64,000 bases of DNA from Pseudomonadales bacterium (GCA_965116165.1 OZ220484.1:3250090-3314089); one strand, 5' to 3'; positions 1 through 11,198 are shown, counted from the stretch's first letter. Made by a program: numbers and translations. Notes: a model not told the origin generated them from the letters alone.

Positions 1-2
1 CC

Positions 3-74
3 GTGGATCGGCTGGACGCGCTATTTCGCGGGCTGGTCGGCAAGACCATCACCTTCGAGAAAGTCACCGCATGA
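3..74 (+). CDS. 3' end of an unidentified CDS entering from the window edge (partial)
   Basis: Open frame from the window edge (..VDRLDALFRGLVGKTITFEKVTA*). Its TGA (72-74) overlaps the ATG at 71 (ATGA), suggesting coupling to the next ORF. Too short to assign a family. Confidence 0.25.
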   Translation: MDRLDALFRGLVGKTITFEKVTA

Positions 75-478
75 GCGAAGCCACCGTATTCGACTTCGGT
101 ACGGAATCGGCGCTTAGTTTCCGCAACAAACAGTGGCGGGGTCATCCAATGATTCCGAGATGGGTCAATGTCGCCGATGTGGGCTTGGATCAATTCTTCA
201 CAAGACCCGACATCGCGGCATCCTGCCACGATGACCTGACATCCCGGATGGTGTCCGACCATGCGCCGCTTGATTCCTATACGTTCATAGAGCCGGGGGC
301 GGGCTATGGGGCATTCTATGACCTGTTGCCCAAGACAAGGCGCATAGGCTTGGATGTTGCCCCCGCCCGTCCCGATATTGAGATGGCCGATTTCCTTTCT
401 CCCTGCCGCTCTATCTCGTCGAACGATTGCCCGATCTGGTCAAGCGGCTACCGGACATTATCCCTGGGGAAGGTCTGA
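71..478 (+). pseudogene. SAM-dependent methyltransferase, N-terminal fragment (probably truncated)
   Basis: 135-aa ORF with 'DQFFTRPDIA' and a motif-I-like 'FIEPGAGYGAF' followed by 'GLDV'. No catalytic (D/N)PP(Y/F) motif follows. The reading frame decays and stops inside repeat C1 (467-567). Confidence 0.4.
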
Positions 479-567
479 ACAAGTCGAAAGAGCAACATTG
501 ATTCACTCGTAAACTATTGATCTTATTAACTAAGATGCCGAGACTACAGGATTAATCGGAGGTTCCC
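467..567 (+). repeat. Dispersed repeat family C, copy C1 (~100 bp)
   Basis: GGGGAAGGTCTGAACAAGTCGAAAGAGCA...CTATTGATCTTATTAAC...TACAGGATTAATCGGAGGTTCCC aligns by eye with copies at 26247-26304(-), 56804-56887(-) and 56994-57093(+). Confidence 0.8.
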
Positions 568-649
568 TGGCGGTGATGAGGGTGCCGCCAGTCAGCCTAT
601 CCGTTCGCAGGCCACACAGGCTTCATGACGGCTTCAGGATATCCCCAAG

Positions 650-2521
650 TCAGCCGTCTCCCTGAAATTGCAGTGCGTGCAGCCGGGCGTATAGACCATC
701 TTTGGCCAGCAATTCATCATGGGTGCCGAGTTCCTCGACACGCCCAAGATTCATCACGAGGATACGGTCCGCCTGCTGGATGGTTTGCAGGCGGTGGGCG
801 ATGAGGATGGAGGTGCGGCCGGCGGTCAGCTTGGCGAGCGCATCCTGAATCAACAATTCCGTTTCCGTGTCCACCGACGCGGTGGCCTCGTCGAGCACGA
901 GGATTTCCGGGTCGGCGGCCAGCACGCGCGCGAAGGCCAGCAATTGCCGCTGACCTTGGGAAAGGTTCTGTCCGCGCTCGGCCAATTCCGTATCGTAGCC
1001 GGCGGGCAACGCCGAGATAAATTCGTGCGCGTTCACGCGCTTGGCGGCGCGCCGCACGGCCTGGGCGGAAATGGCCGGGTCGCCGAGCGCGATATTGTCG
1101 GCAATCGAGCCTGAAAATATGTGGAAGTCCTGGAGTACAACACCGATGCGTCGGCGCAGGTCTTCGGTGCGGATGCGGTTGAGGTCGATGCCGTCGAGAA
1201 AGATGCCGCCGTCGTCGAAGTCGTAGAAGCGCCCGAGTAGCCGAATGAGGGTGCTTTTGCCGGATCCTGTGGGCCCAACGATGGCCAGTTTCTCGCCGGC
1301 GCGAATGCGCAGCGACAGGTCGCGCAGCACGGGAACCCCTGGTTCGTAGGCGAAATCGACCCGGCGGAATTCGATTTCGCCATTAAGCCGGGGCGGTAGT
1401 GCGGCCGGATGCGCCGGTTCCCGCACCCGCTCGTCCCAATCGAGGGCTTGGAAAATCCGCTCGCCGCTGGCCATCGCCCGAAACAGGATGTTCGTCTGTT
1501 CGCCGAGGGCGACAATGGGATGAAACAGCATATCGATGAACCGGGTGAACAGGATCACGCCGCCGAGCGACAGGCGGCCTTGAATCAGATCCCCCGCGCC
1601 GTAATACAAAACGACACCGATGGCGATGTGCGCCATGGTGTCGTTGAGGGCTCCGTACAGGGTCTCCCAGCGGGCCGAGTGGAGTTCGTTGCCCAGGTTG
1701 CGGCGATTGATGTCCGTGTAGCGGCTCAGGTTGAACGACTCCCGTCCGGAAAGTTGCACCACCTGCAGGCCGGCCAGGTTCTCCTGCATGTTCTGGTTGA
1801 GCGCCGACACCGACGCCCGCACCCGCCGAAACAATTCCCGGGTGTTGCGACGGAACCACCAAGTAAAGGCACCCATGATTGGCAGCATGAGCAGGAGTAT
1901 CAGCGTCAATTCGACATCGATGGTCAGCATGATGATGAGCGCCACCAGGAACGGCATCAGTTCGCCGATCAGGGTGCCGATGCCGCGCAACAGCTCGTAA
2001 AGCGCTTCGATGTCGTTGGTTACCCGGGTCATCACACGCCCCACGGCAACCCGGTCGTAGAAAGACGACGGGCACCTTTCCAGGTGGCTGAACAGGTCGA
2101 GACGCAGGTCGCGCAGGCCGTTGATCACGGAACTCGTCAACGTCAGCCGATGTGCGTGGCCCGTCGCCGCCCAGCAGAGGTGGATCAGGGCGTACAGCAG
2201 GCAGGCGACAGCCAGGGGATGCAGGCCCAGCATCGCCGCCATTGCATCGGTGAGTTGGATCATGCCGAAGTCCGGCGCGGCCTGCTCGGTTTCCCCGCGG
2301 ATGACGTGATCGATCACCACCAGCGACACGATGACCGGCAGCAAGACTTGAAACGTCGACGCGGCCAGGACGAGCACACCACTGGCGGCGAAGGTCAGCC
2401 GGTAGGGTTTCATCCACCGAAACAGGCGTTTTAGGAGGCGCGTATTGAGCACCGCGCCGGACAATTCGGCGTCGAACAGCGAGTGGTCGCGCCGCGTTTG
2501 AGTCTGCGTTGCCCCGGCCAT
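650..2521 (-). CDS. ABC transporter, fused permease/ATP-binding subunit (type I exporter half-transporter)
   Basis: 623-aa ORF with an N-terminal multi-TM exporter domain. Walker A 'GPTGSGKST', signature 'LSQGQRQ', Walker B 'ILVLDEATA'. Only 3 nt separate it from the upstream paralogue, implying a heterodimer. Confidence 0.9.
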   Translation of the reverse strand: MAGATQTQTRRDHSLFDAELSGAVLNTRLLKRLFRWMKPYRLTFAASGVLVLAASTFQVLLPVIVSLVVIDHVIRGETEQAAPDFGMIQLTDAMAAMLGLHPLAVACLLYALIHLCWAATGHAHRLTLTSSVINGLRDLRLDLFSHLERCPSSFYDRVAVGRVMTRVTNDIEALYELLRGIGTLIGELMPFLVALIIMLTIDVELTLILLLMLPIMGAFTWWFRRNTRELFRRVRASVSALNQNMQENLAGLQVVQLSGRESFNLSRYTDINRRNLGNELHSARWETLYGALNDTMAHIAIGVVLYYGAGDLIQGRLSLGGVILFTRFIDMLFHPIVALGEQTNILFRAMASGERIFQALDWDERVREPAHPAALPPRLNGEIEFRRVDFAYEPGVPVLRDLSLRIRAGEKLAIVGPTGSGKSTLIRLLGRFYDFDDGGIFLDGIDLNRIRTEDLRRRIGVVLQDFHIFSGSIADNIALGDPAISAQAVRRAAKRVNAHEFISALPAGYDTELAERGQNLSQGQRQLLAFARVLAADPEILVLDEATASVDTETELLIQDALAKLTAGRTSILIAHRLQTIQQADRILVMNLGRVEELGTHDELLAKDGLYARLHALQFQGDG

Positions 2522-2524
2522 CGT

Positions 2525-4378
2525 TCAATTTGCGGCTTGACGCGGCGCGGCGGTGCCGGGTTTGTCCATTGATCCGGCACCGCCGGCGCCTTCCCGCGAC
2601 TTCGTGGGCGTATCGGTCTTTGCGGTCCGCGTCCTGTCCATTGCCCCCGCGCCGCCGGCGCCTTCCCGCTGTATGCGTTCGAGTTCCACATACAGCCCGT
2701 TGCGCCGCATCAATTCGTCGTGGCTGCCGGCTTCGACGATGCGGCCGGCGTCAAGCACAACAATGCGGTCGCAGTGTCGGGCCGTGGAGACCCGATGCGA
2801 TACCAGGATGGTTGTTTTGCCCCGGCGTAGCCGGCGCAACCCTTTGAGGATGCGTTCCTCGGTTTCGGTGTCCACGCTCGAGAAACAATCGTCGAGCAAA
2901 AGCACCAGCGCATCGCGAATCAGCCCCCGCGCCAGGGCGGCGCGTTGGGCCTGCCCGCCGGACAGGGTCACACCGCGTTCGCCGACCACCGTATCCATGC
3001 CGTCCGGAAACGCCTCGATGGTTTCCTTCAATCCGGCCGCGTCGGCGGCGGCCCAGACGGTGTCGATGTCGCGGTTCGGGTCGTCGTAGGTTAGGTTGTC
3101 GCGCAGCGTTTGGCTGAATAGAAAGTTCACCTGGGGCACCAGCGCCACCTGGGTGCGCAATGCCCGGAGCGGATAGGCGCGGATGTCCCCGCCGTCGATA
3201 AAGACCTTGCCCGCCGGCGGGTCGGGCATGCGCGCGAATTGCTGGAGCAGCGTCGTCTTGCCGGACCCGACCCGGCCCATAATGGCGATGGATTCCCCCT
3301 GGCGAACAACAAGATGGATGCCGTTGAGTACGGGGGGCAAGGCCTCGCCGTATCGGAAAATCAGGTTTTTGACTTCAAGATCGCCGCGGATCGGTGCCGC
3401 CGATTGCCCCGCCGATCGATCCTCGATTTCCGGCGCCAGATCGAGCACTTCGAAGAGCCGGTCGCTGGCCACCGCCGCCCGCTGAAACAGGTTGACCATG
3501 AACCCGGCAACACGGAAGGGCTGCACAACCATGCTCACGTACATCAGAAAGGCCACCAATGCACCCGGCGTCATGTCGCCGTTCAATACCTGATAGCCGC
3601 CAAAGCCGATGATGACGATGGAACAGAGCGCCGCCAGACTCGGCATCCAAGCCATCATCAACGAGTTGATTCTCGCTTGCCGGTAGAAGGCATCCGCATA
3701 GGATTGGTTGGTGCGGGCGAAACGCGCGATCTCGTTGCTCTCCTGGGCCATGGCCTGAATGGTGCGGATGCCGGCAAGGTTCTCCTGCACCTGTGCGCCA
3801 AGGTCCGATAGCCGCTCCTGCATGTCCTTCGAGGCAACCCCCATTTGTCGGGAGGCGTGCTTGGCGTAATAATAGACGAAAGGCAGGGGCGGCAGCAGCA
3901 ACAGGGTGAGGGATGGCGAGTAGTAGAGCATGAAGCCGAACCCGACGACGGAGGCGTAGACGAGAATGATGAGCAGGATACTGCCCAGGGAAATGAGGCG
4001 CTGGATCAGGCTGATGTCGGCGACCGCCCGGGTCATCATGTCGCCGATCGTGTGCTTGGCGAAAAAGAGTACGCCCTGCGCCTGCAGGGCGTCGTACAGC
4101 GCCCCGCGCAAGTCGTAGGCGACCCGCATCCCGGTGCTGCGCACGGTGTAGCGGGCATAGGTGACGAAAACATAGCGCGCGGCGACCGCCCCGGCGATGC
4201 CGAGCACCTGCGCCCGCACATTGCCGTCACCGTCGGCCATCCTGTCGATACCCTGGGCGAGAAAGAACGGCACCAGCGCCTCGAAAAGCCGCGCCAGCCC
4301 GAAGCTGGCGACACCTCTGGCTAAACGCGGGCGGTACGGGAGCACAAAGGGCCCTAGGCGAAGCAGCGGGTCGAACAT
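2525..4378 (-). CDS. ABC transporter, fused permease/ATP-binding subunit (partner half-transporter)
   Basis: 617-aa ORF. Walker A 'GRVGSGKTT', signature 'LSGGQAQRAALAR', Walker B 'LLLLDDCFS'. The C-terminal tail carries an imperfect duplication (REGAGGAGAMD...REGAGGAGSMD). Confidence 0.9.
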   Translation of the reverse strand: MFDPLLRLGPFVLPYRPRLARGVASFGLARLFEALVPFFLAQGIDRMADGDGNVRAQVLGIAGAVAARYVFVTYARYTVRSTGMRVAYDLRGALYDALQAQGVLFFAKHTIGDMMTRAVADISLIQRLISLGSILLIILVYASVVGFGFMLYYSPSLTLLLLPPLPFVYYYAKHASRQMGVASKDMQERLSDLGAQVQENLAGIRTIQAMAQESNEIARFARTNQSYADAFYRQARINSLMMAWMPSLAALCSIVIIGFGGYQVLNGDMTPGALVAFLMYVSMVVQPFRVAGFMVNLFQRAAVASDRLFEVLDLAPEIEDRSAGQSAAPIRGDLEVKNLIFRYGEALPPVLNGIHLVVRQGESIAIMGRVGSGKTTLLQQFARMPDPPAGKVFIDGGDIRAYPLRALRTQVALVPQVNFLFSQTLRDNLTYDDPNRDIDTVWAAADAAGLKETIEAFPDGMDTVVGERGVTLSGGQAQRAALARGLIRDALVLLLDDCFSSVDTETEERILKGLRRLRRGKTTILVSHRVSTARHCDRIVVLDAGRIVEAGSHDELMRRNGLYVELERIQREGAGGAGAMDRTRTAKTDTPTKSREGAGGAGSMDKPGTAAPRQAAN

Positions 4379-4406
4379 GGCGGTGCAACCGAGAAAATGG
4401 GTCGGG

Positions 4407-5786
<1,380 letters not shown>

Positions 5787-6002
5787 CGATACTCCTTTCG
5801 GGAACCCCCTTCGTGCAAATGTCAAACTGCGATATTACCCAGCCTTGGGCGGCGTTGTTGATCTTACGATGCCTCGGGTGCCCATTCTTCCCGCGGTAGA
5901 GGTTACAATTCGGGGGATTTCGGCGCATCGAGTGCGCCGGAAAGCCGGTTGGCATCAATTATGCCTCAATGGATGCGGATTTCTGAGACAACGAGGAAAC
6001 CT

Positions 6003-6347
6003 ATGAAAGACGAGATGAAGGAACGGCTCACGCGCCGCCCCGTTTGGGTACGGGCACTGTTCATGGTGCTTTTCGCGGTTGCCTTCTACGTTATTGTGCA
6101 ATTGCTGGTTGGGGCTCTGGCGATCGTTCAGTTCCTGATTGTGCTGATTAGCGGCCGCGCCAACAAGCAGCTCTTGCGGTTCGGCAGCGACCTGAGCGCC
6201 TATGTGTATCAGATTCTCAGGTTTTTAACCTTCAATACGGAAGCTCAGCCCTTTCCATTCTCCGACTGGCCGAATGAGTCGGTCGGCGACAACCTTTGGA
6301 CGGACGAGTCGCATGCGCCGAAGCCTCCGGTGAGCGAGGAGGGCTAG
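6003..6347 (+). CDS. DUF4389-family small membrane protein
   Basis: 'RALFMVLFAVAFYVIVQLLVGALAIVQFLIVLISGRANKQLLRFGSDLSAYVYQILRFLTF' matches my memory of the DUF4389 consensus. ATG 6003 has AGGAA 6 nt upstream. The ORF-track start (TTG 5949) is less likely. Confidence 0.65.
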   Translation: MKDEMKERLTRRPVWVRALFMVLFAVAFYVIVQLLVGALAIVQFLIVLISGRANKQLLRFGSDLSAYVYQILRFLTFNTEAQPFPFSDWPNESVGDNLWTDESHAPKPPVSEEG

Positions 6348-6430
6348 TGTTCCATCCAACTGATGCGGCATTATCGGTTGGATGGAGGTAGCCCGACCTA
6401 TTCGTGAATGAACGTGGCGAGGCCGGCATC
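6344..6430 (+). repeat. Composite intergenic repeat: motif E copy 1 + 9-bp-stem hairpin + family B copy B1
   Basis: CTAGTGTTCCATCCAACTGAT (includes the TAG stop of the upstream CDS). Hairpin CCATCCAAC(6352-6360)/GTTGGATGG(6377-6385). Then TAGCCCGACCTATTCGTGAATGAACGTGGCGAGGCCGGCA, also seen at 50173-50217 and 56708-56751(-). Lies between convergent genes, so it may act as a bidirectional terminator. Confidence 0.75.
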
Positions 6431-6434
6431 GCCG

Positions 6435-7628
6435 CTACGGCTTGTTCCGGCCTTCGAGCCCTCGGATGCCGTCGAGTTGAGTGCCGGATTTGAACGGGCT
6501 GTGGTGTTCAATCCACTCGATGTCCTGCTGAACATGGTGTCGTTCTTCCCGCACGAACCGGGCCACCGCGTCGCACAGGCCCGCGTCGCGAATCCAGTGG
6601 GCGCTGTAGGTCGCCTCGGGTAGATAGCCGCGCGCCACCTTGTGCGGCCCCTGGGCACCGGCTTCCACCCGCGCCAGGCCGTGCGCGATGGCAAAGTCGA
6701 TGGCCTGGTAGTAACAGGCTTCGAAGTGCAGGAACCGGTGGTATTCAACGCATCCCCAATTGCGGCCGTAAAGTGTGTCGTCGCCAATAAAATTGAGTGC
6801 TCCGGCGATGTAGCGTCCCGCGCGTTTGCACAGAATGAGCAGCACCCGATCGGCCATTGACGCGCCCACCCGGCTGAAGAACTCCCGGGTCAAGTAGGGT
6901 GAGCCCCACTTTCTCGATCCGGTATCCGCATAGAATCGGTAGAAGGCATCCCAATGCTCTTCCCGCAGGTCGGAGCCAGTCACCCATTCCACGGTGACGC
7001 CGTTCGCCAGGGCGTCGCGTCGCTCGCGCTTTAGATTCTTGCGCTTTTTCGAGGACAGGTCGGCGAGGAACGCCTCGAAGCTGCCGTAGCCGGGGTTGTG
7101 CCAGTGGAACTGTTGATCCATGCGCCGCAGATAGCCGCTCTTGCCGGCCAGCCGCCATTGCCGTTCGGGCATAAAGGTAAAGTGCAGCGAGGATACGCCG
7201 GCCTGATCCGCCACCTGCGCGGCGGCGGCGAGCAGTGCGCTTTCAATTTCCGGGCTGGCGTTGGCGGTAAGCAGGCGGCGGCCGGTGGCCGGTGTGAACG
7301 GGACGCTGCCCTGCAATTTGGGATAGTACCTGCCGCCGGCCCGGTGCCATGCATCGGCCCAGGCATGGTCGAAGACATACTCACCCTGGGAGTGCCCCTT
7401 AACATACATCGGCACGACGCCGAGCACGGTGTCCCCTTCGTTGAGCACCAGATGGAAGGGCTGCCAACCGGTTTGGACGGTGGCGCTGCCGCTTTCCTCC
7501 AGTGCCTGTAAAAAATGATGGGCGAGGAATGGATTGCAAGGCTCGCCGGGAGGATTTGCGCACCGGTCCCATATTGCCGGTTCGATCTCTCCGATGCCGT
7601 GCAGGATGCGCGCCGTACGTGTCGCCAT
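6435..7628 (-). CDS. FemAB-like / DUF482 (COG3146) GNAT-fold acyltransferase family protein
   Basis: 397-aa ORF. 'NPFLAHHFLQALEESGSA', the overall length and the 'FEACYYQAIDFAI' region fit the DUF482/FemAB-like family as I remember it. Function unknown. Confidence 0.7.
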   Translation of the reverse strand: MATRTARILHGIGEIEPAIWDRCANPPGEPCNPFLAHHFLQALEESGSATVQTGWQPFHLVLNEGDTVLGVVPMYVKGHSQGEYVFDHAWADAWHRAGGRYYPKLQGSVPFTPATGRRLLTANASPEIESALLAAAAQVADQAGVSSLHFTFMPERQWRLAGKSGYLRRMDQQFHWHNPGYGSFEAFLADLSSKKRKNLKRERRDALANGVTVEWVTGSDLREEHWDAFYRFYADTGSRKWGSPYLTREFFSRVGASMADRVLLILCKRAGRYIAGALNFIGDDTLYGRNWGCVEYHRFLHFEACYYQAIDFAIAHGLARVEAGAQGPHKVARGYLPEATYSAHWIRDAGLCDAVARFVREERHHVQQDIEWIEHHSPFKSGTQLDGIRGLEGRNKP

Positions 7629-7892
7629 GATGGGAGCACACTAACACGACCGGTGCCGTATATTGATTGGCGGTCCGTGGTTCGCCCGGGCGAAGCGACT
7701 CCCGTCAAGTCTGGCGATACCCGGAAATTGGCGCCCGGCCAACGCGCCAATGATCGATGTCGTGCGGTATTCGGACCCAAACGAATAATCACGCAGCGTT
7801 GGCTGGACTTGCTGCCGGGCGATTGTGCCGTTGGGGTTTCAACCTATAATGCGCGGCGATGCGGCATCCCTCCGCAAACTCGAGGATTCCAA

Positions 7893-9362
7893 GTGGCCCT
7901 ACCCAGTCTTGACGACTATTTTCCCGATTGGAAAGAACGCGAAGCCTTGGCCGAGGCGATGATCCCCATCATCGGGCGCCTCTACCGCAAAAACGTGGTG
8001 ACCTATTGTTACGGTCGGGCGCTGTACAACCAAAGCGTTATCCAGATCATGAAAACGCACCGCTATGTGCGTCAGGTGGCGCACAACGAGTTGTCCGAGT
8101 TCGAGAGTTATCCGATTTGCGAGGCGCTCTCGCAGCTCGACCTCGGCCCGTCGCACATCGATGTCGGCAAGTTGGCCACGGGCTATATGGCGGAAACCGA
8201 GCAGAGCGGCATCACGCCGCTTGAGTTCGTTAAGCGCGAGTGCGCCCAGGTAATTGGCCGGCACGTGCCGCCGTTGCAAAAACCCCAGGACATCGTGCTG
8301 TTCGGCTTTGGCCGCATCGGTCGGTTGTTGGCGCGGCTGTTGGTCGAGAAGACCGGCGGCGGACATCAACTGCGGCTAAAGGCCGTGGTCGTGCGCAAGG
8401 CCGGCCCCAACGATCTGAACAAGCGCGCCGCCCTGTTGCGCCGCGATTCGGTGCACGGTGCCTTTCCCGGAACCCTCCGGGTGGATGAGGAGAACAGTTG
8501 CCTGATCGCCAACGGCAATGTCATCCGCGTGTTGTACGCCGACCGTCCCGACGGGATCAACTACGGGCGCTACGGCATCAACAATGCGATTGTCATAGAC
8601 AACACCGGGGCTTGGCGCGACGAAGAAGGTATGAGTCGGCACCTCGCATCCCGGGGCGCTGCCCGCGTGCTGCTCACGGCACCGGCGCGGGGCGACATCA
8701 AAAACATCGTCTCGGGCGTGAATTCCGCCGAAATTTGCCGGGACGATGTGTTGCTTGGCGCCGCATCCTGCACGACCAATGCGATTGTTCCGGTGCTCAA
8801 GGCGATGAACGCCGGCTTTGAGATTGTGCACGGCCACATGGAAACGGTGCACGCCTACACCAACGATCAGAACCTGATCGACAATTACCACAAAAAGAAC
8901 CGTCGCGGACGTAGCGCCCCGCTAAATATGGTGATTACAGAAACGGGCGCGTCATCCGCCGTGACCAAACTCTTGCCCGAGCTCGAGGGCAAGCTGACCG
9001 GCAACGCGATTCGGGTGCCGACACCAAATGTGTCGCTGGTGATTCTGAACCTAACGCTGTCCCGCACGGTGAGCGTTGCCCAGATCAACGACTTCCTGCG
9101 CAACGCCGCGCTGCACTCGGGCCTGCAACGGCAGATTGACTACACGGAGGCGCCGGATGTGGTGTCCTCGGATTTTGTCGGCAACCGCCACGCCTGCATT
9201 GTCGATGGCGGCGCCACACTCGCCAAGGATAACCGGGTTGTCCTTTACGTTTGGTACGACAACGAGTTTGGCTATGCCTGCCAGGTGATTCGGGTGGTGC
9301 AGAAGTGGGCGGGGATTTCCTACCCCCTCATTCCCCGTGATGTGGAGGAGCAGGGGTTCTGA
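7893..9362 (+). CDS. gap: Glyceraldehyde-3-phosphate dehydrogenase (long ~480-aa gammaproteobacterial class)
   Basis: Active-site 'ASCTTNAIVPVLK'. The N-terminus 'REALAEAMIPIIGRLYRKNVV' resembles the Pseudomonas PA3001-type GAPDH. The first 126 codons of the ORF-track call are Arg/Pro-rich, so the start is set at in-frame GTG 7893. Confidence 0.85.
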   Translation: MALPSLDDYFPDWKEREALAEAMIPIIGRLYRKNVVTYCYGRALYNQSVIQIMKTHRYVRQVAHNELSEFESYPICEALSQLDLGPSHIDVGKLATGYMAETEQSGITPLEFVKRECAQVIGRHVPPLQKPQDIVLFGFGRIGRLLARLLVEKTGGGHQLRLKAVVVRKAGPNDLNKRAALLRRDSVHGAFPGTLRVDEENSCLIANGNVIRVLYADRPDGINYGRYGINNAIVIDNTGAWRDEEGMSRHLASRGAARVLLTAPARGDIKNIVSGVNSAEICRDDVLLGAASCTTNAIVPVLKAMNAGFEIVHGHMETVHAYTNDQNLIDNYHKKNRRGRSAPLNMVITETGASSAVTKLLPELEGKLTGNAIRVPTPNVSLVILNLTLSRTVSVAQINDFLRNAALHSGLQRQIDYTEAPDVVSSDFVGNRHACIVDGGATLAKDNRVVLYVWYDNEFGYACQVIRVVQKWAGISYPLIPRDVEEQGF

Positions 9363-9390
9363 GCGCTGTGGATTTGCGGGCCGCGGAAAG

Positions 9391-9576
9391 TCAGGCGGCG
9401 TAGGAAATCAGCTCGGCAAGATGCTCGTCGATGATCGCCTGGGCGGATTCCCGACAGCAGCCGCAACTGACCCCGACCCCGAGCGATTCGCCCAAGGCTT
9501 CCAAATCGTGCAGGCCCTCGTTCGCCGCGTCGCGAATTTCGCTGTCGGTAATGGCTTTGCAGAGACATACATACAT
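9391..9576 (-). CDS. bfd: Bacterioferritin-associated ferredoxin
   Basis: 'MYVCLCKAITD...GVGVSCGCC' gives the four Cys of the BFD [2Fe-2S] motif. Divergent from bfr. Start at ATG 9576 (61 aa). Confidence 0.85.
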   Translation of the reverse strand: MYVCLCKAITDSEIRDAANEGLHDLEALGESLGVGVSCGCCRESAQAIIDEHLAELISYAA

Positions 9577-9659
9577 GGCGATGCGGAGTGTAAACAAAAA
9601 CAATTCTCGATAGCAAGGGCGCATGCATCACAATCGCCACTCTATGACGATTCGTATAG

Positions 9660-9678
9660 GAGAATAATTTTCATTAAA
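9660..9678. promoter_or_regulatory. Putative Fur box in the bfd-bfr divergent intergenic region
   Basis: GAGAATAATTTTCATTAAA matches 13 of 19 positions of the GATAATGATAATCATTATC consensus by eye. Its position upstream of bfd fits iron regulation. Confidence 0.35.
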
Positions 9679-9752
9679 AATCAATAAGTTAAAGTTGCAT
9701 TTTCCGAAGGGAGATGGCATTCTGCCAACAAACCGGAAATCTAGGAGCACTC

Positions 9753-10229
9753 ATGCAGCCGATGCACAAGGACATCAATGTCCATCTCAACAAGGTGCTC
9801 AAAAACGAGCTAACCGCCATCAACCAGTATTTTCTGCACGCCAAGATGCTCGAGGACTGGGGTATCAAGCGCCTTGCCCGCAAAGAGCGCGAAGAGTCCT
9901 TCGATGAGATGAAGCATGCCGAGATCCTCGCCGAGCGTATTTTGTTTCTTGAGGGCCTGCCTAACCTGCAGGATCTCGGCAAGCTTAGGATTGGCCAGGA
10001 CATCCGGGAGATACTGCAATGCGACTTGGAACTGGAATTGGAGGCTATGCCGACGCTTAGGCAGGCCATCGCCTTCTGCGAAGCGCAGGGCGATTATGTG
10101 TCCCGGCATCTCTTCCGTGGCATCCTGGATTCCGAAGAGGAGCATGTCGATTGGCTGGAAACCCAACTCGAGCTCGTCGGCAAGGTTGGACTCGAGAACT
10201 ACATCCAGTCGCAGATGCACGCTGATTGA
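9753..10229 (+). CDS. bfr: Bacterioferritin
   Basis: 'LNKVLKNELTAINQYFLHAKMLEDWG...EMKHAEILAERILFLEG...SEEEHVDWLETQL' carries the ferroxidase-centre residues and the haem-ligand Met context. AGGAG lies 5 nt upstream of ATG 9753. Confidence 0.92.
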   Translation: MQPMHKDINVHLNKVLKNELTAINQYFLHAKMLEDWGIKRLARKEREESFDEMKHAEILAERILFLEGLPNLQDLGKLRIGQDIREILQCDLELELEAMPTLRQAIAFCEAQGDYVSRHLFRGILDSEEEHVDWLETQLELVGKVGLENYIQSQMHAD

Positions 10230-10256
10230 CGGGGGTCGTGAAGTAACAAATCACAA

Positions 10257-11198
10257 CTACTCTCTCGGGCCCAGAAACCGCTCGCCATCGAAGTGGATCA
10301 GGTGGTCGGGCCTTTCACAGAGCCATACCTCCTCCGTCTCCCAGGCGATGTTTGTCATGTGCTGCCGGAATTCCCCAAAGTCTGGAAATGCGCTGACATA
10401 GACCGCGCCAGCCGGGCACGCCCTGAGCATGGTCTCTAGATCTACCATGCGTGTCGGAGTGACCGGACCATGGGACGTGACAACCTCGATCAGAAACAGC
10501 CAATTTCTGTTCGCGTCGTAGAGCACCACATCCGGCAGTTTGTCGTGCTCTGTGATCGGAATACTGAGATCGTTGAGACCTTTCCTGTCGACGAAAAGAT
10601 ACTTCTTGGCGGTGTCGCCCAGATAAAGCAGGCGCGACCCGGGGGCGAAACAGGGCGCAAACTGCTCGACGACCGCTCTCTGGACCTCATTGTGCCTGCC
10701 CGATGATAGCGAGAGCTCGAGCCCATCCGGAAGCGTGACCGGGATCATATTGCGATTGCGGCCTTGCGCATAACGCTCCACGAGTGCCCCCCGTTCCCGG
10801 CGGAACAGTTTTACGGCCGAGTCCCATTCGTCGTCGCCGTAGCGCCGAATGACATCCAGCGCGGCTTCCGTGACAGCGTAGTGGGTTTTCGGACTGTTGG
10901 TCGGAAGGTCCGGCTCGAACGGATTGTAGTCGGCAATGCTGCCTTGGACGAACTGATGGAGCACCTGACGTCGAAAAGTCTCGCGCGTATTCGGGGCATA
11001 ATCGGTTTGGTAGTGCTCTTTGAGATAATCCATGATGTCCTTGGTGACCGTACATCGCCGCCGCTCGGCGGTCGACCACGCGTCATTGGGCGTCAATCCA
11101 CAGAGCGCGATGAGCGTCATACCCGCCATCCGGTTGTACTGGGCAGGCGGCATCCCCAAGCCTTCGAGGATTTTCCGGGCCTCTTCGACATCAGCCAA
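10257..11198 (-). CDS. BsuBI/PstI-family type II restriction endonuclease
   Basis: 313 aa. N-terminal 'YAPNTRETFRRQVLHQF' and C-terminal 'KLPDVVLYDANRNWLFLIEVVTSHGPV' are as I recall for the BsuBI/PstI family. TTG start overlaps the methylase stop by 8 nt. Confidence 0.8.
   Translation of the reverse strand: MADVEEARKILEGLGMPPAQYNRMAGMTLIALCGLTPNDAWSTAERRRCTVTKDIMDYLKEHYQTDYAPNTRETFRRQVLHQFVQGSIADYNPFEPDLPTNSPKTHYAVTEAALDVIRRYGDDEWDSAVKLFRRERGALVERYAQGRNRNMIPVTLPDGLELSLSSGRHNEVQRAVVEQFAPCFAPGSRLLYLGDTAKKYLFVDRKGLNDLSIPITEHDKLPDVVLYDANRNWLFLIEVVTSHGPVTPTRMVDLETMLRACPAGAVYVSAFPDFGEFRQHMTNIAWETEEVWLCERPDHLIHFDGERFLGPRE

Noticed and set aside
7515-7892. 126-codon N-terminal extension of gap in the ORF track
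   Set aside because: It is Arg/Pro/Cys-rich and overlaps the 5' end of the divergent acyltransferase gene. The conserved GAPDH N-terminus begins just after GTG 7893.
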